DNA of 43,024 nucleotides from an uncultured Candidatus Epulonipiscium sp. (GCA_964561345.1 CAZLPH010000002.1:1-43024); one strand, 5' to 3'; shown: positions 25,076 to 34,858, numbered from the stretch's first letter. A program made the numbers and translations. Notes: generated from the sequence alone by a model not told the origin.

Positions 25076-26698
25076 ATGAATAGATACAAAATAATTCTTG
25101 TCGATGATGAGGCAGAGATTAGGCAAGGGATGATTAAAAAGATAAACTGGGAAGAATTAGGGTTTTTGGTGGTTGGCGAGGCTGAAAATGGAATAGAGGC
25201 CTTAGATATTATTGATAAGACTTCTCCAGATATTGTTATTACTGATATTAGGATGCCTTTTATGGACGGTATAAAGCTTTCTGAAAATATAAAGTATAGA
25301 TTTCCCACAACTAAAGTGGTTATAATATCAGGATTTGATGAATTTGAATATGCTCAAACTGCAATTGGTCTAGGGGTGCTAAGGTATATTTTGAAACCTA
25401 TAAATGCTATAGAAATGTCAGAATTGCTAAGAGAAATCAAACAAATATTAGACGATGAAAGGCGCTCTAAGAATGATATCCAGTTATTAAAACAAAATTA
25501 TAAGAAGAGCTTACCTATGTTAAAGGAGCGTTTTTTAAATCATTGGATAGAAGATTATGTAGAAGCAAGTATAATTGAAGAAAACAGGGAGACTTTTGCA
25601 TTAGGTGTTTTACAAAATCGAATAGCTGTGGCAGTTTTAAGACCAGATGACCAATTGAGAAAAGACACAGATATAGCCCTAGTAAAAAACAAAGCGCTTC
25701 TAAATGTAGCGATTTTTAACATATGTGAAGAAATCGTTGAAGAGAATAATCTAGGTGTTATATTTATGAGAACCAATGAAATCGTTCTTCTAATTTCTTT
25801 AGGGGAAGCTGAGGCGCCAAAAACAAGTAATAGAATTTTTCTAGGATTGGAACAAATAAAAACAGCTGTAGAAAAATATTTAAATATTACCATTACCATA
25901 GGAGTAGGGAATGCTTGTCAGGACCCAACAGTTCTATATAAATCATATCTATCAGCTCTAGCAGCCTTGGATTATACGGTTATGCTTGGAAACAACAAGA
26001 TTATTTATTTAGAAGATATAGAGCCTAGTACAACACAAGATTTAAAATTAGATGAAGTTGATGAAAGAGCTTTGGTGATGGCTATTAAACTTGGGAGTCC
26101 TGAGGATATTAAAAAAGCCATTGATAGGTTAATTGGAAGAATCGATGGAATGCAATTATATTTAAAAGATTATCAGTTGTATATAATTGATATTTTATCT
26201 ATTATATTAAACTTTGTAACAAGTATGGAGCTTGATTGGGATTTGCTTTGGGATAAAAAAGATAATTTTTTATTAGAAATTAACAAGCTAAAAACAAAAG
26301 AAAAGATAAATGCATGGTTATTTGAGATTTGTATAAAAATATCAAATGAGTTGGCTCAAACGAGAAATCATAATAAGAATGATCTAATAGAAAAAGCAAA
26401 GGCTCACATACAAGATAATTATAACGATGAGGATTTAAATGCGGAAAAATTGTGTGAGATACTTCATATATCAACAAACTATTTTTCAGCTTTGTTTAAA
26501 AAGGAAGTGGGTTTGACATTTACAAGCTATCTAACTCAAATGAGAATAGACCAAGCTAAGAGGCTTTTAAGAAATACAGATTTGAAAACATTTGATATTG
26601 GCAATCAAGTGGGATATTCTCAGGGACATTATTTTAGTTATGTCTTTAAGAAACATACAGGAATATCCCCTACGGAGTATAGAAATGGTAAAAAATAA
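25076..26698 (+). CDS. YesN-type response regulator (receiver + AraC HTH)
   Basis: 540 aa. The receiver is 'KIILVDDEAEIRQGM...DIVITDIRMPFMDG'. The C-terminal AraC/XylS HTH is 'LCEILHISTNYFSALFKKEVG.TF..YLTQMRIDQAKRLL'. Confidence 0.9.
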   Translation: MNRYKIILVDDEAEIRQGMIKKINWEELGFLVVGEAENGIEALDIIDKTSPDIVITDIRMPFMDGIKLSENIKYRFPTTKVVIISGFDEFEYAQTAIGLGVLRYILKPINAIEMSELLREIKQILDDERRSKNDIQLLKQNYKKSLPMLKERFLNHWIEDYVEASIIEENRETFALGVLQNRIAVAVLRPDDQLRKDTDIALVKNKALLNVAIFNICEEIVEENNLGVIFMRTNEIVLLISLGEAEAPKTSNRIFLGLEQIKTAVEKYLNITITIGVGNACQDPTVLYKSYLSALAALDYTVMLGNNKIIYLEDIEPSTTQDLKLDEVDERALVMAIKLGSPEDIKKAIDRLIGRIDGMQLYLKDYQLYIIDILSIILNFVTSMELDWDLLWDKKDNFLLEINKLKTKEKINAWLFEICIKISNELAQTRNHNKNDLIEKAKAHIQDNYNDEDLNAEKLCEILHISTNYFSALFKKEVGLTFTSYLTQMRIDQAKRLLRNTDLKTFDIGNQVGYSQGHYFSYVFKKHTGISPTEYRNGKK

Positions 26699-28430
26699 TT
26701 GGCAAAATATTAAACCGAGGCTCAAGAGCATAAGGTTTTTGATGATTATATGTTTTTCCATGATTACAACTATAACTATGATTATTACGGGTCTTTCCTT
26801 ATATAAAAAATCCAATGATTTAGCAAAGACTTATGCCAGTGAATCTGTAAACCAACTAACGACCCAAGTTCAGTATAATTTAAACACATATACAAAAAAT
26901 ATGATCACCATTTCTAATACTCTATATTATAAGATTATTAAAACCCAGAATATATCTAATAATACCTTTGCAGCGCAAATGGGGACAATACAAACGACCA
27001 ATAGTGATATTGCAGGATTAGCAATCTTCAATCTAGAAGGTGACCTAATAGCGGCAGGTAAACACAATAGGTTAAAAGAGGACATAAAGGTATCTGAGCA
27101 GGAATGGTTTCAAAATGCTTTATCGAAACCAGAAAATGTGCATTTCTCAAGTCCTCATATACAAGATTTGTTTCAAGATTATGCCCCCTGGGTTATATCT
27201 TTAAGTACAGCTGTTTCTCTTAATAAGGATGGTAGGATTATCCAGGGTGTTCTTTTGGTGGATATGAATCTAAAGTCAATTGAGGATATTTGTAGGCCTA
27301 TTGTTGAAGGGAATATAGGAGAAGTCTTTATTATGACCCCGGGTGGTGACCTGATTTATGGAAATGAAGGATCAGAAGAAATGTTAGGGGAAATAGTCGA
27401 AGCTGATTTTATTGCTAATCGTGATGCCTTGCAATTAAAGACTGTTGGCAAGGAGAAAAGGATATTGACATTAAAGACAGCAGGATATACAGGGTGGAAA
27501 ATAATTGGCAGTTGGAATTTAGATCAAATACTATTTAATTTTACAGAACTACAAACGTTTTTAGTGATAGTTATCTTAATGGGAACGGTCTTGTGTATTA
27601 TTGCAACCCTCTATATATCCTCACTTTTATCCTCCCCACTATATAGACTTCAAAAATCGATGAAGTTGGTTGAAGAAGGTTTTTTTGATATTCAAATCGA
27701 TGAAGGTGGGGAGTATGTTGTATCTGAGCTTTCCAAGACCTTTAATAAAATGGTAAAAACCATTAAACAATTAATGGATGATATTGTTGTTGAACAAGAT
27801 GGTAAGAGAAAAAAAGAATTAGAAGCTTTGCAATCTCAAATAAATCCGCATTTTTTGTATAATACACTAGATTCGATTATATGGCTAGCAGAAAATGAGA
27901 GGGTAGAGGATTCAGTTTTAATGACAACCGCCTTATCTCGGTTTTTTAGAATAGGTATCAGCTCAGGGAGAAATATTATTACTGTGAGTGAAGAAATAGA
28001 GCATATCAAAAACTATCTCTCCATTCAAAACATCCGTTATAAAAATAGGTTTGATTATGTCATTACAGTGGCAGATGAGCTTCTTAGTGCAAAAACCCTT
28101 AAATTAATACTTCAGCCAGTAGTAGAAAATGCATTGTACCACGGCCTTGAATATATGTATGATAGAGGAGAAATTGTTATAGAAGCAACTGCAGAAGGGG
28201 AAGGTCTCTTGTTTGCAATAAGAGATAATGGAATAGGTATGGATGAAGAAACTTGCCAAGGGTTATTTCATAGTAAACCTGTTGTTGAGCCTAAAGGCTC
28301 AGGGGTAGGTATGAAGAATGTTAATGAAAGAATAAAGTTATACTACGGGGCACAGTACGGTATGACAGTAGAGAGTGAGCTTGAAGAAGGAACGACGGTA
28401 TATATAAAAATACCTTTGCAATATGATTAA
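26685..28430 (+). CDS. YesM/LytS-type sensor histidine kinase
   Basis: The start is moved to the ATG at 26685 (MVKNNWQ..), overlapping the regulator stop by 14 nt. It has two TM segments flanking a ~270-aa extracytoplasmic domain, then a HAMP domain. The His_kinase motif 'LQSQINPHFLYNTLDSI' and an HATPase domain with 'RDNGIGMD' follow. Confidence 0.9.
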   Translation: MVKNNWQNIKPRLKSIRFLMIICFSMITTITMIITGLSLYKKSNDLAKTYASESVNQLTTQVQYNLNTYTKNMITISNTLYYKIIKTQNISNNTFAAQMGTIQTTNSDIAGLAIFNLEGDLIAAGKHNRLKEDIKVSEQEWFQNALSKPENVHFSSPHIQDLFQDYAPWVISLSTAVSLNKDGRIIQGVLLVDMNLKSIEDICRPIVEGNIGEVFIMTPGGDLIYGNEGSEEMLGEIVEADFIANRDALQLKTVGKEKRILTLKTAGYTGWKIIGSWNLDQILFNFTELQTFLVIVILMGTVLCIIATLYISSLLSSPLYRLQKSMKLVEEGFFDIQIDEGGEYVVSELSKTFNKMVKTIKQLMDDIVVEQDGKRKKELEALQSQINPHFLYNTLDSIIWLAENERVEDSVLMTTALSRFFRIGISSGRNIITVSEEIEHIKNYLSIQNIRYKNRFDYVITVADELLSAKTLKLILQPVVENALYHGLEYMYDRGEIVIEATAEGEGLLFAIRDNGIGMDEETCQGLFHSKPVVEPKGSGVGMKNVNERIKLYYGAQYGMTVESELEEGTTVYIKIPLQYD

Positions 28431-28482
28431 GAAATGCTAAAGAGCTTATAATGCAAGGAATAAAATAGCGGGGGGTTCAAGT

Positions 28483-29550
28483 ATGACAAAAGGATTTAAA
28501 GTATTTTTTAAGTTAATTATAATAAATACCATAATCATATTTAATATATCCAGCTGTACCAATAATAAAAAGATGCCAGAAAACTTTGAGCAAACAAAAA
28601 GACACATTAAAATTGGGGTCGCAATTTATGATGCAAATGATAGTTTCATTGAAAGTGTCTATGAGATGCTTGGAAAGCATGCGCGTCTAGAAGAAAAAGC
28701 AGGGGAAGTAGAAATAACACTGGAGTTAGTTAGTGGAGACAATAATCAGCAGATCCAAAATAGTCAAATAGGAGCCTTTATTAATGAAGGATATGATGCT
28801 ATAGCAGTTAATATAGTTGATAGGGCTCAAGCGTCTACAATCATAGATAAGGCTCAAAGGGCCAATGTCCCACTTGTTTTCTTTAATAGGGAGCCTGTGC
28901 CCCAAGATATGGCTATATGGGAGAATGTGTATTATGTCGGTGCTAAAGCAGAGCAGTCTGGCAAGCTTCAGGCAGAAATTTTAATGAATGCAATAAATCA
29001 GGGTGTAGAGGTGGATCGGAATGGGGACGGGGTTATTCAATATATTATGTTAGAAGGAGAACCAGGCCACCAAGATGCTATCCTTAGGACATATTATAGT
29101 ATTAAAATACTAGAAGAAAATAATTATAAAACTGAAAGTATAGCAAGTGATACGGGCATGTGGCGAAAAGAAGAGGCGAAAGAAAAGATGCTCCAATGGT
29201 TGGGTGAGTTTGGTGATGAGGTAGAAGTTGTTATCGCTAATAATGATGCAATGGCTCTAGGGGCAATAGAGGCTTTAGAGGAGAAGGGGTATTTTGTTGA
29301 ACAAGATAAGACAAATAAGATCCAAGTAATCGGTGTGGATGGTATGGAAGAGGCTATTGTGGCCATAGGGGAGGGAAAGATGTTAGGGACTGTGCTTAAC
29401 GATGCCGAAAAACAAGGAGAGGCCATATTGGCGAAATTATATACAATGATTATGGGTAGTTCGCCTAAAAATATAGTTGATGCTACATATGCGGATAAGT
29501 GTTACCATATGAATTATAGAATTATTGATAGAAACTATCTAAATAAGTAA
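28483..29550 (+). CDS. MglB-paralog sugar-binding lipoprotein, probable sensor partner of the kinase
   Basis: 355 aa with lipobox 'ISSC'. It is clearly paralogous to the downstream MglB: 'GDGVIQYIMLEGEPGHQDA' against 'GDGTMQYVMLMGEPGHPDA', and both carry 'IANNDAMALGAIEAL'. It has its own terminator downstream. Confidence 0.8.
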   Translation: MTKGFKVFFKLIIINTIIIFNISSCTNNKKMPENFEQTKRHIKIGVAIYDANDSFIESVYEMLGKHARLEEKAGEVEITLELVSGDNNQQIQNSQIGAFINEGYDAIAVNIVDRAQASTIIDKAQRANVPLVFFNREPVPQDMAIWENVYYVGAKAEQSGKLQAEILMNAINQGVEVDRNGDGVIQYIMLEGEPGHQDAILRTYYSIKILEENNYKTESIASDTGMWRKEEAKEKMLQWLGEFGDEVEVVIANNDAMALGAIEALEEKGYFVEQDKTNKIQVIGVDGMEEAIVAIGEGKMLGTVLNDAEKQGEAILAKLYTMIMGSSPKNIVDATYADKCYHMNYRIIDRNYLNK

Positions 29551-29580
29551 AAAACATAAGCTGATTCACTAAATAACACA

Positions 29581-29616
29581 AAACACACGACTGAAATATA
29601 AGGCGTGTGTTTTTTT
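29581..29616 (+). terminator. Terminator after the sensor-module genes
   Basis: AAACACACG-N14-CGTGTGTTT followed by more T residues. Confidence 0.8.
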
Positions 29617-29732
29617 GTGGTAAAAAACCCTAACAAGTCAGGGGAATAAACTATTTTAATACTGCAAAAGTACTAGTATAATAGTGATTATAAGATGAAA
29701 ACACAAAATACTATCAAAGTAGGAGGAATAAA

Positions 29733-30770
29733 ATGAGAAAATTGTTTAGTGTTTTATTAGTAGCGGCAATGGCAGTAGGCTTTACAGCTTGTGGAGCCAA
29801 AAGTGAACCAAAGGGTGATAAGTTACCAGTTATCGGGGTTACGATTTACAAGTATGATGATAACTTTATGTCATTTACAAGGTCAGCCATAACAACAGCA
29901 GCAGAAGGTAAGGCAGAGCTTGTTATGAATGACTCCCAAAATGACCAAGCAAAGCAAAATGATCAAGTCGATGCTATGATTGCTAAAAAAGTTGATGCAC
30001 TCGCTATTAACTTAGTAGATCCAGGTGCAGCGGCTTCCATTGCAGAAAAAGCAAAAAATGCTGGCATTCCAGTTGTATTCTTTAATAAAGAATACCCAGA
30101 AGGAACAGATAAAATTCCATATGATGAGACGATTTATGTTGGAACAACTTCAGCAGAATCAGGTACTATCCAGGGTGAACTTATTTTAGATGCATGGAAA
30201 GCAAATGCAGATTGGGATAAAAACGGAGACGGAACAATGCAATATGTAATGCTTATGGGAGAACCAGGGCATCCAGATGCAGAAGCTAGAACAAAAGAAT
30301 CTATTGCAACAATAGAAGCAGCAGGAATTGCGACAGAAGAAGTTGCATTACAAGCAGCTATGTGGGACGCTTCAAAAGCAAAAGAATTCATGGAGACATG
30401 GTTAGCGGCTCATGGTGATAAGATTGAAATGGTTATTTGTAACAATGATGGTATGGCTTTAGGTGCAGTTGAAGCATTAAAAGCAGCAGGATACTTTACA
30501 GGTGATAAGTATATGCCAGTTGTTGGTGTAGATGCTATTCCGGAGGCTCTTGAATTAATTAAAGAGAAACAATTACTTGGTACAGTTCTTAATGACCCAT
30601 TAAACCAAGGTAAGGCAACAATTGAACTTGCAATTAATGCAGCACTTGGAAAAGACTTCTTAGAAGGAACAAGCTGGGAAGTTGATGCTACAAAGGCAGT
30701 TCGTGTCCCTTATGTTGCGATTACAGAAGACAACTTAGGTGTTGCTGAAGAAGCTTACGGCCTTAAGTAA
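29733..30770 (+). CDS. mglB: Galactose/glucose ABC transporter substrate-binding lipoprotein
   Basis: 345 aa with lipobox 'GFTAC'. It shows strong collinear similarity to E. coli MglB as recalled: 'IGVTIYKYDDNFMS', 'MNDSQNDQAKQNDQVD', 'GEPGHPDAEART' and 'GTVLND'. Confidence 0.9.
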   Translation: MRKLFSVLLVAAMAVGFTACGAKSEPKGDKLPVIGVTIYKYDDNFMSFTRSAITTAAEGKAELVMNDSQNDQAKQNDQVDAMIAKKVDALAINLVDPGAAASIAEKAKNAGIPVVFFNKEYPEGTDKIPYDETIYVGTTSAESGTIQGELILDAWKANADWDKNGDGTMQYVMLMGEPGHPDAEARTKESIATIEAAGIATEEVALQAAMWDASKAKEFMETWLAAHGDKIEMVICNNDGMALGAVEALKAAGYFTGDKYMPVVGVDAIPEALELIKEKQLLGTVLNDPLNQGKATIELAINAALGKDFLEGTSWEVDATKAVRVPYVAITEDNLGVAEEAYGLK

Positions 30771-30801
30771 GAAACATAGAATTCACTAGGTAACTTTAAA
30801 T

Positions 30802-30837
30802 TGCAGACAGAGTCTAGGGCTTTGTCTGCATAATTTT
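30802..30837 (+). promoter_or_regulatory. Intercistronic hairpin between mglB and mglA
   Basis: TGCAGACAGAG-tctaggg-CTTTGTCTGCA followed by TAATTTT. It is a likely partial terminator or mRNA-stabilising stem. Confidence 0.5.
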
Positions 30838-30863
30838 GATAGAAAAGCGGGGTGAGAACCACT

Positions 30864-32366
30864 ATGGAAAGTTCAAATTACATGTTAGAGATGAAAAATA
30901 TTAACAAAGAATTTCCTGGTGTAAAGGCACTAGATAATGCACAGTTAAGCTTAAGAGCTGGAACAGCCCATGCCTTGATGGGGGAGAATGGTGCTGGGAA
31001 ATCAACACTTATGAAATGTTTATTTGGAATTTACTTAGAGGATTCAGGAGAAATATATTTTAATGGCGAAAAAGTAACCTTTGCTAATCCAAAGCAAGCC
31101 CTTGAAGCAGGTATTTCAATGGTGCACCAAGAACTTAACCAGGTTAAACAAATTAGGGTTCAAGATAATATATGGCTTGGACGTTATCCGAAAAATGGGC
31201 TTATTGTGGATGAAAAAAAGATGTATGAAGATACAAAAAAGATTCTTGTGGACTTAGGCATAGATATTGATCCAAAGGATAAAATTGATGATTTATCCCT
31301 ATCAGAATGTCAGATGGTTGAAATAGCAAAAGCAGTATCATATAATTCTAAAATTATTGTTATGGATGAACCGACATCATCGCTGACAGAGCAAGAAGTA
31401 GAACATTTATTTAGGATTATTAATCAGTTAAAAGCAGAAGGTTGTGGGATTGTCTATATATCTCATAAGATGGAGGAGATTTTGACAATATGTGAAGATG
31501 TAACGGTTATGAGAGATGGTCAGTGGATTTCAACAAATCCAGCATCAGAACTAACAACTGAAAAGATTATCAACTTAATGGTAGGACGTGACTTGACAAA
31601 TCGTTTTCCGCCAAAAGACAATAAACCGGGTGAGACAATTTTAGAGGTAAAGAACCTGACAGCAACTTATCAACCCTCAATTAATGATGTTTCTTTTGAA
31701 CTTCGAAAAGGTGAAATTTTAGGTGTTGCCGGTTTAATGGGGTCAAGAAGAACAGAGATTGTAGAGACGATTTTTGGTGTTAGGAAGAAAGAATCTGGCG
31801 AGATTTTATTACACAATAAAAAAATTGAAAATAAGAATTCAAAGCAGGCCATTAGCCATGGTTTTGCATTGTTAACTGAAGATAGAAGAAAAACGGGTAT
31901 ATTTGGTGTGCTAGATATTAAATTTAACGCCAAGCTAGCCAATCTAAATAACTATGCCAATAGCCTGGGTGTATTAAATGCCCATAAAATCCAAGAAGAT
32001 ACCCAGTGGGTTATTGACAGTATGAATGTTAAAACGCCATCACAAAAAACGTTGATACGCTCTCTATCTGGTGGTAACCAGCAAAAAGTAATACTAGGCA
32101 GGTGGTTGCTAACAAATCCAGAAATTTTAATGTTAGATGAACCAACAAGAGGAATAGATGTCGGAGCAAAATATGAAATTTATCAATTAATTATAGATCT
32201 TGCTAAGAAGGATAAAGGAATAATAATGATTTCCTCGGAGATGCCTGAATTGTTAGGTATAACAGATAGAATCTTAGTAATGAGTAATGGAAGAGTTGCG
32301 GGTATTGTGAATACTCCTGAGACAAACCAAGAGGAAATTCTAACACTAGCAGCCAAATATCTCTAA
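30864..32366 (+). CDS. mglA: Galactose/methyl-galactoside ABC transporter ATP-binding protein (duplicated ABC)
   Basis: The likely start is the ATG at 30864, 7 nt after GGGGTGAG. It is near-collinear with E. coli MglA as recalled: '[18 protein letters not shown]', '[22 protein letters not shown]', '[35 protein letters not shown]' and '[21 protein letters not shown]'. Confidence 0.93.
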   Translation: MESSNYMLEMKNINKEFPGVKALDNAQLSLRAGTAHALMGENGAGKSTLMKCLFGIYLEDSGEIYFNGEKVTFANPKQALEAGISMVHQELNQVKQIRVQDNIWLGRYPKNGLIVDEKKMYEDTKKILVDLGIDIDPKDKIDDLSLSECQMVEIAKAVSYNSKIIVMDEPTSSLTEQEVEHLFRIINQLKAEGCGIVYISHKMEEILTICEDVTVMRDGQWISTNPASELTTEKIINLMVGRDLTNRFPPKDNKPGETILEVKNLTATYQPSINDVSFELRKGEILGVAGLMGSRRTEIVETIFGVRKKESGEILLHNKKIENKNSKQAISHGFALLTEDRRKTGIFGVLDIKFNAKLANLNNYANSLGVLNAHKIQEDTQWVIDSMNVKTPSQKTLIRSLSGGNQQKVILGRWLLTNPEILMLDEPTRGIDVGAKYEIYQLIIDLAKKDKGIIMISSEMPELLGITDRILVMSNGRVAGIVNTPETNQEEILTLAAKYL

Positions 32367-32377
32367 AAGGAGGAAAT

Positions 32378-33469
32378 ATGATGAGAAAATTAGCAGGAAA
32401 TACAGGTGAAAAGTGGGATAGAAAAAGGGTTGGAGAATTCTTTTTAGAAAATGCTATCTATGTTGTGCTCTTTATCCTAGTTGGCGTTATAATATATATG
32501 GATAGTACTTTTTTATCCCTTAATAACTTTAGGTTTATTATTACACAAGCATCAACAAGAATGATCTTGGCTCTAGGAGTAGCGGGGTTACTAGTTCTTG
32601 CTGGAACAGACTTATCCGTGGGACGAATGGTAGGACTAGCAGCAGTTGTTTCGGCTTCATTGCTCCAAAATCCGGATTATGCAATAAGGATTTTCAAGGA
32701 TATGCCAGCTCTGCCCATTATACTGCCAATATTGTTGGTAATTGTATTAACTAGTATTGCATCAACCATTAGTGGCATTATTATTGCTAAGTTTCAGGTA
32801 ACAGCATTTATTGTAACTTTAGGTATGCAACTTGCTTTATATGGTGTGGCATCATTATACTACGAGGCAGTAGGTGCTTCCCCAATCGCTGGGCTTGACC
32901 CAAGGTTTACAAAGTTTGCTCAGGGAAGTTTAGGAGTAGGCGGATTTAATGTAGGGGGTCGTTTTGGAATACCACATGTTTTTAAGATGCCCTTACTGTT
33001 TACCATACCTAACCTGGTTATATATGCAGCTATCGTCACACTGATTGTATGGTTTATCTGGAATAAAACAACCTTAGGTAAAAACATGTTTGCTGTTGGC
33101 GGTAACTCAGAAGCGGCTGAGGTTTCAGGGGTAAACATTAGTAAGACAATTATTTCAGTATCACTTATGGCAGGTATCCTTTATGGATTTGCTGGAGCCC
33201 TAGAAGTTGCCCGTACAGGTAGTGCCACAAACAATATCGGTAATGCATACGAACTTGACGCTATTGCGGCATGTGTTGTAGGTGGTGTCTCATTTAGTGG
33301 TGGTGTTGGATCAATCGCTGGCGTAATAACAGGGGTGTTTATATTCCAAGTTATAAACTACGGACTAGCTTACGTTAATGTAAGTCCCTATATTCAATAT
33401 ATTATAAAAGGTGCCATCATTGTAACAGCAGTAGCAATCGATACCCGAAAGTATATTCAGAAAAAGTGA
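32378..33469 (+). CDS. mglC: Galactose/methyl-galactoside ABC transporter permease
   Basis: 363 aa, polytopic, with 'GTDLSVGR' and 'VGGNSEAAEVSGVN' motifs typical of the sugar-permease (RbsC/MglC) family. An AGGAGGA SD is present. Confidence 0.9.
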   Translation: MMRKLAGNTGEKWDRKRVGEFFLENAIYVVLFILVGVIIYMDSTFLSLNNFRFIITQASTRMILALGVAGLLVLAGTDLSVGRMVGLAAVVSASLLQNPDYAIRIFKDMPALPIILPILLVIVLTSIASTISGIIIAKFQVTAFIVTLGMQLALYGVASLYYEAVGASPIAGLDPRFTKFAQGSLGVGGFNVGGRFGIPHVFKMPLLFTIPNLVIYAAIVTLIVWFIWNKTTLGKNMFAVGGNSEAAEVSGVNISKTIISVSLMAGILYGFAGALEVARTGSATNNIGNAYELDAIAACVVGGVSFSGGVGSIAGVITGVFIFQVINYGLAYVNVSPYIQYIIKGAIIVTAVAIDTRKYIQKK

Positions 33470-33479
33470 GTTGGATTCA

Positions 33480-33560
33480 AAAATAAAACACCTGTGGTGT
33501 GTGCAACATAACTTCCTTGCGTCGTTAAAAGTTGCACACACCACAGGTGTTTTATTTTTT
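33480..33560 (+). terminator. Very long terminator hairpin A (after mglC)
   Basis: A perfect 28-bp stem pairs AAAATAAAACACCTGTGGTGTGTGCAAC (33480-33507) with 33531-33558. The 23-nt loop is ATAACTTCCTTGCGTCGTTAAAA, and the stem ends in a T-run. Confidence 0.8.
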
Positions 33561-33665
33561 GGGAATGTAACCTCACTCTTGGTATAAGGGCGAGAGCGAT
33601 ACAGTTTTGGGCTGCGGGGTTGCTCCTGAACTTGTTTTTTGCCCTCCACTAGCAGGGGTTATACC

Positions 33666-33744
33666 GCAAAAAAAGAAAAAGTGGTTGGGGCAACTTTTAA
33701 CGTCGTAAGGAAGTTATGCTGCCCCAACCACTTTTCTTTTTTGC
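33666..33744 (-). terminator. Very long terminator hairpin B (after the P-II gene, minus strand)
   Basis: A ~25-bp stem with two single-nt bulges. Read on the minus strand the loop is ATAACTTCCTTACGACGTTAAAA. The inner GCAGC/GTTGC helix has a G:T that pairs only in the minus sense. It starts 3 nt after the P-II stop. Confidence 0.75.
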
Positions 33745-33746
33745 TC

Positions 33747-34082
33747 TTATAACCCCTTAATTAAATGATGCATACCCGCCACGCGTTTTACATCTAGTAC
33801 GAATAAGACGCCTTTTCCTGGTTTATTGAGATTGATCTTTTGAGTGATAGATTCAACAATTAAATCAGTTTTTGTATTTTCTACAATGGTTAGAATAACT
33901 TCTTTTTCAGGTTCGATTCGGATACCAAATAGCTTTGCTGTATCATGAACGCCTGAACCACGGCCGTGTAAGATTGTTCCGCCTTGTGCACCGGCTTCTT
34001 TTGATGCATCTATTACATCTGATGCACGGCCTTTATTAACAATGGTTATAATTAAATCATGTCCTATTTCCTTTGTGCTCAT
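33747..34082 (-). CDS. P-II (GlnB-like) family signalling protein
   Basis: 111 aa with a beta-alpha-beta pattern 'LIITIVNKGRASDVIDASKEAGAQGGTILHGRGSG', a T-loop-like stretch and 'KPGKGVLFVLDV' (compare GDGKIFV). Its ATG overlaps the upstream stop (TAATG). Confidence 0.85.
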   Translation of the reverse strand: MSTKEIGHDLIITIVNKGRASDVIDASKEAGAQGGTILHGRGSGVHDTAKLFGIRIEPEKEVILTIVENTKTDLIVESITQKINLNKPGKGVLFVLDVKRVAGMHHLIKGL

Positions 34083-34858
34083 TATGACTTACCTCCAATT
34101 GATTCATTTTTATCTTGTGTTTCATATGATTTTTCGATTTCTTTTTGCTTATTCTCGTATAAATAACCTAAAATAAGGACTGACAAAACTGGGGTTAGGG
34201 CCACAAGTGAAACCATACCAAAGCCGTCTAAGACGGGATTACCATCTGGGATTGTAGAAGCAAACCCAATTGATAAAGATGAAATAAAGGTTACAATCAT
34301 GGGGCCTGTGGTGACACCAGCAGAATCAAAAGCAATAGCAATAAAGGTTTTACTAACGTTTCTTGTCAGTAAAAAAGCTAGTATATATCCAGGAACAATA
34401 AAGTACCATAATGATATACCTGTTAAAATCTTAAGCATTGAAAGGGCAATGGCGATTGCGACACCGATGGATAAAAACCCTAACATGATCTTCTTGTTAA
34501 TAGCACCACCAGAGAATTTCTCAACTTCAATATTGAGTACCTTAACCCCTGGCTCAGCTAAAGTGATAACAAGGCCTAAAACAAATCCAATTGGAATTAA
34601 AATCCAACTGTATGTGGTCTCACCTATAACTTTCCCCATATATTCTCCTATTGGCAAAAAGCCTATTTGCACACCTTGCAAGAAAAATACCAATCCTGTA
34701 AATGCAAATAAAAAGCCTTTAAGAATATTATGGAAGAGTTTCTTAGGAAGTTTAAGCCACATTTTTTGGAAAATAATAAATATTATTAGCAAAGGCAAAA
34801 GGGCGGTAAAGACATCCATTATAACCTGAGTAATTCCGCTTAAAATACTTTCTATCAT
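34082..34858 (-). CDS. DUF1538-family membrane protein (paralog B)
   Basis: The start is moved to the ATG at 34858 (MIESILSG..), which overlaps the upstream stop as ATGA. Motifs 'LAEPGVKVL', 'FDSAGVTTGPMIVTF' and 'DGFGMVSLVAL' are shared with paralog A. Confidence 0.85.
   Translation of the reverse strand: MIESILSGITQVIMDVFTALLPLLIIFIIFQKMWLKLPKKLFHNILKGFLFAFTGLVFFLQGVQIGFLPIGEYMGKVIGETTYSWILIPIGFVLGLVITLAEPGVKVLNIEVEKFSGGAINKKIMLGFLSIGVAIAIALSMLKILTGISLWYFIVPGYILAFLLTRNVSKTFIAIAFDSAGVTTGPMIVTFISSLSIGFASTIPDGNPVLDGFGMVSLVALTPVLSVLILGYLYENKQKEIEKSYETQDKNESIGGKS

Noticed and set aside
24973-25308. 111-aa - strand ORF
   Set aside because: It overlaps the receiver domain of the response regulator on the opposite strand and runs into the tRNA terminator region. 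It is spurious.
33365-33649. 94-aa - strand ORF spanning the mglC 3' end and hairpin A
   Set aside because: It reads through a 28-bp perfect hairpin and the antisense of mglC. It has no SD and is implausible as a coding sequence.
34299-34829. 176-aa + strand ORF
   Set aside because: It is antisense to DUF1538 paralog B, whose family motifs are unambiguous. It is a shadow ORF in an AT-rich membrane-protein gene.
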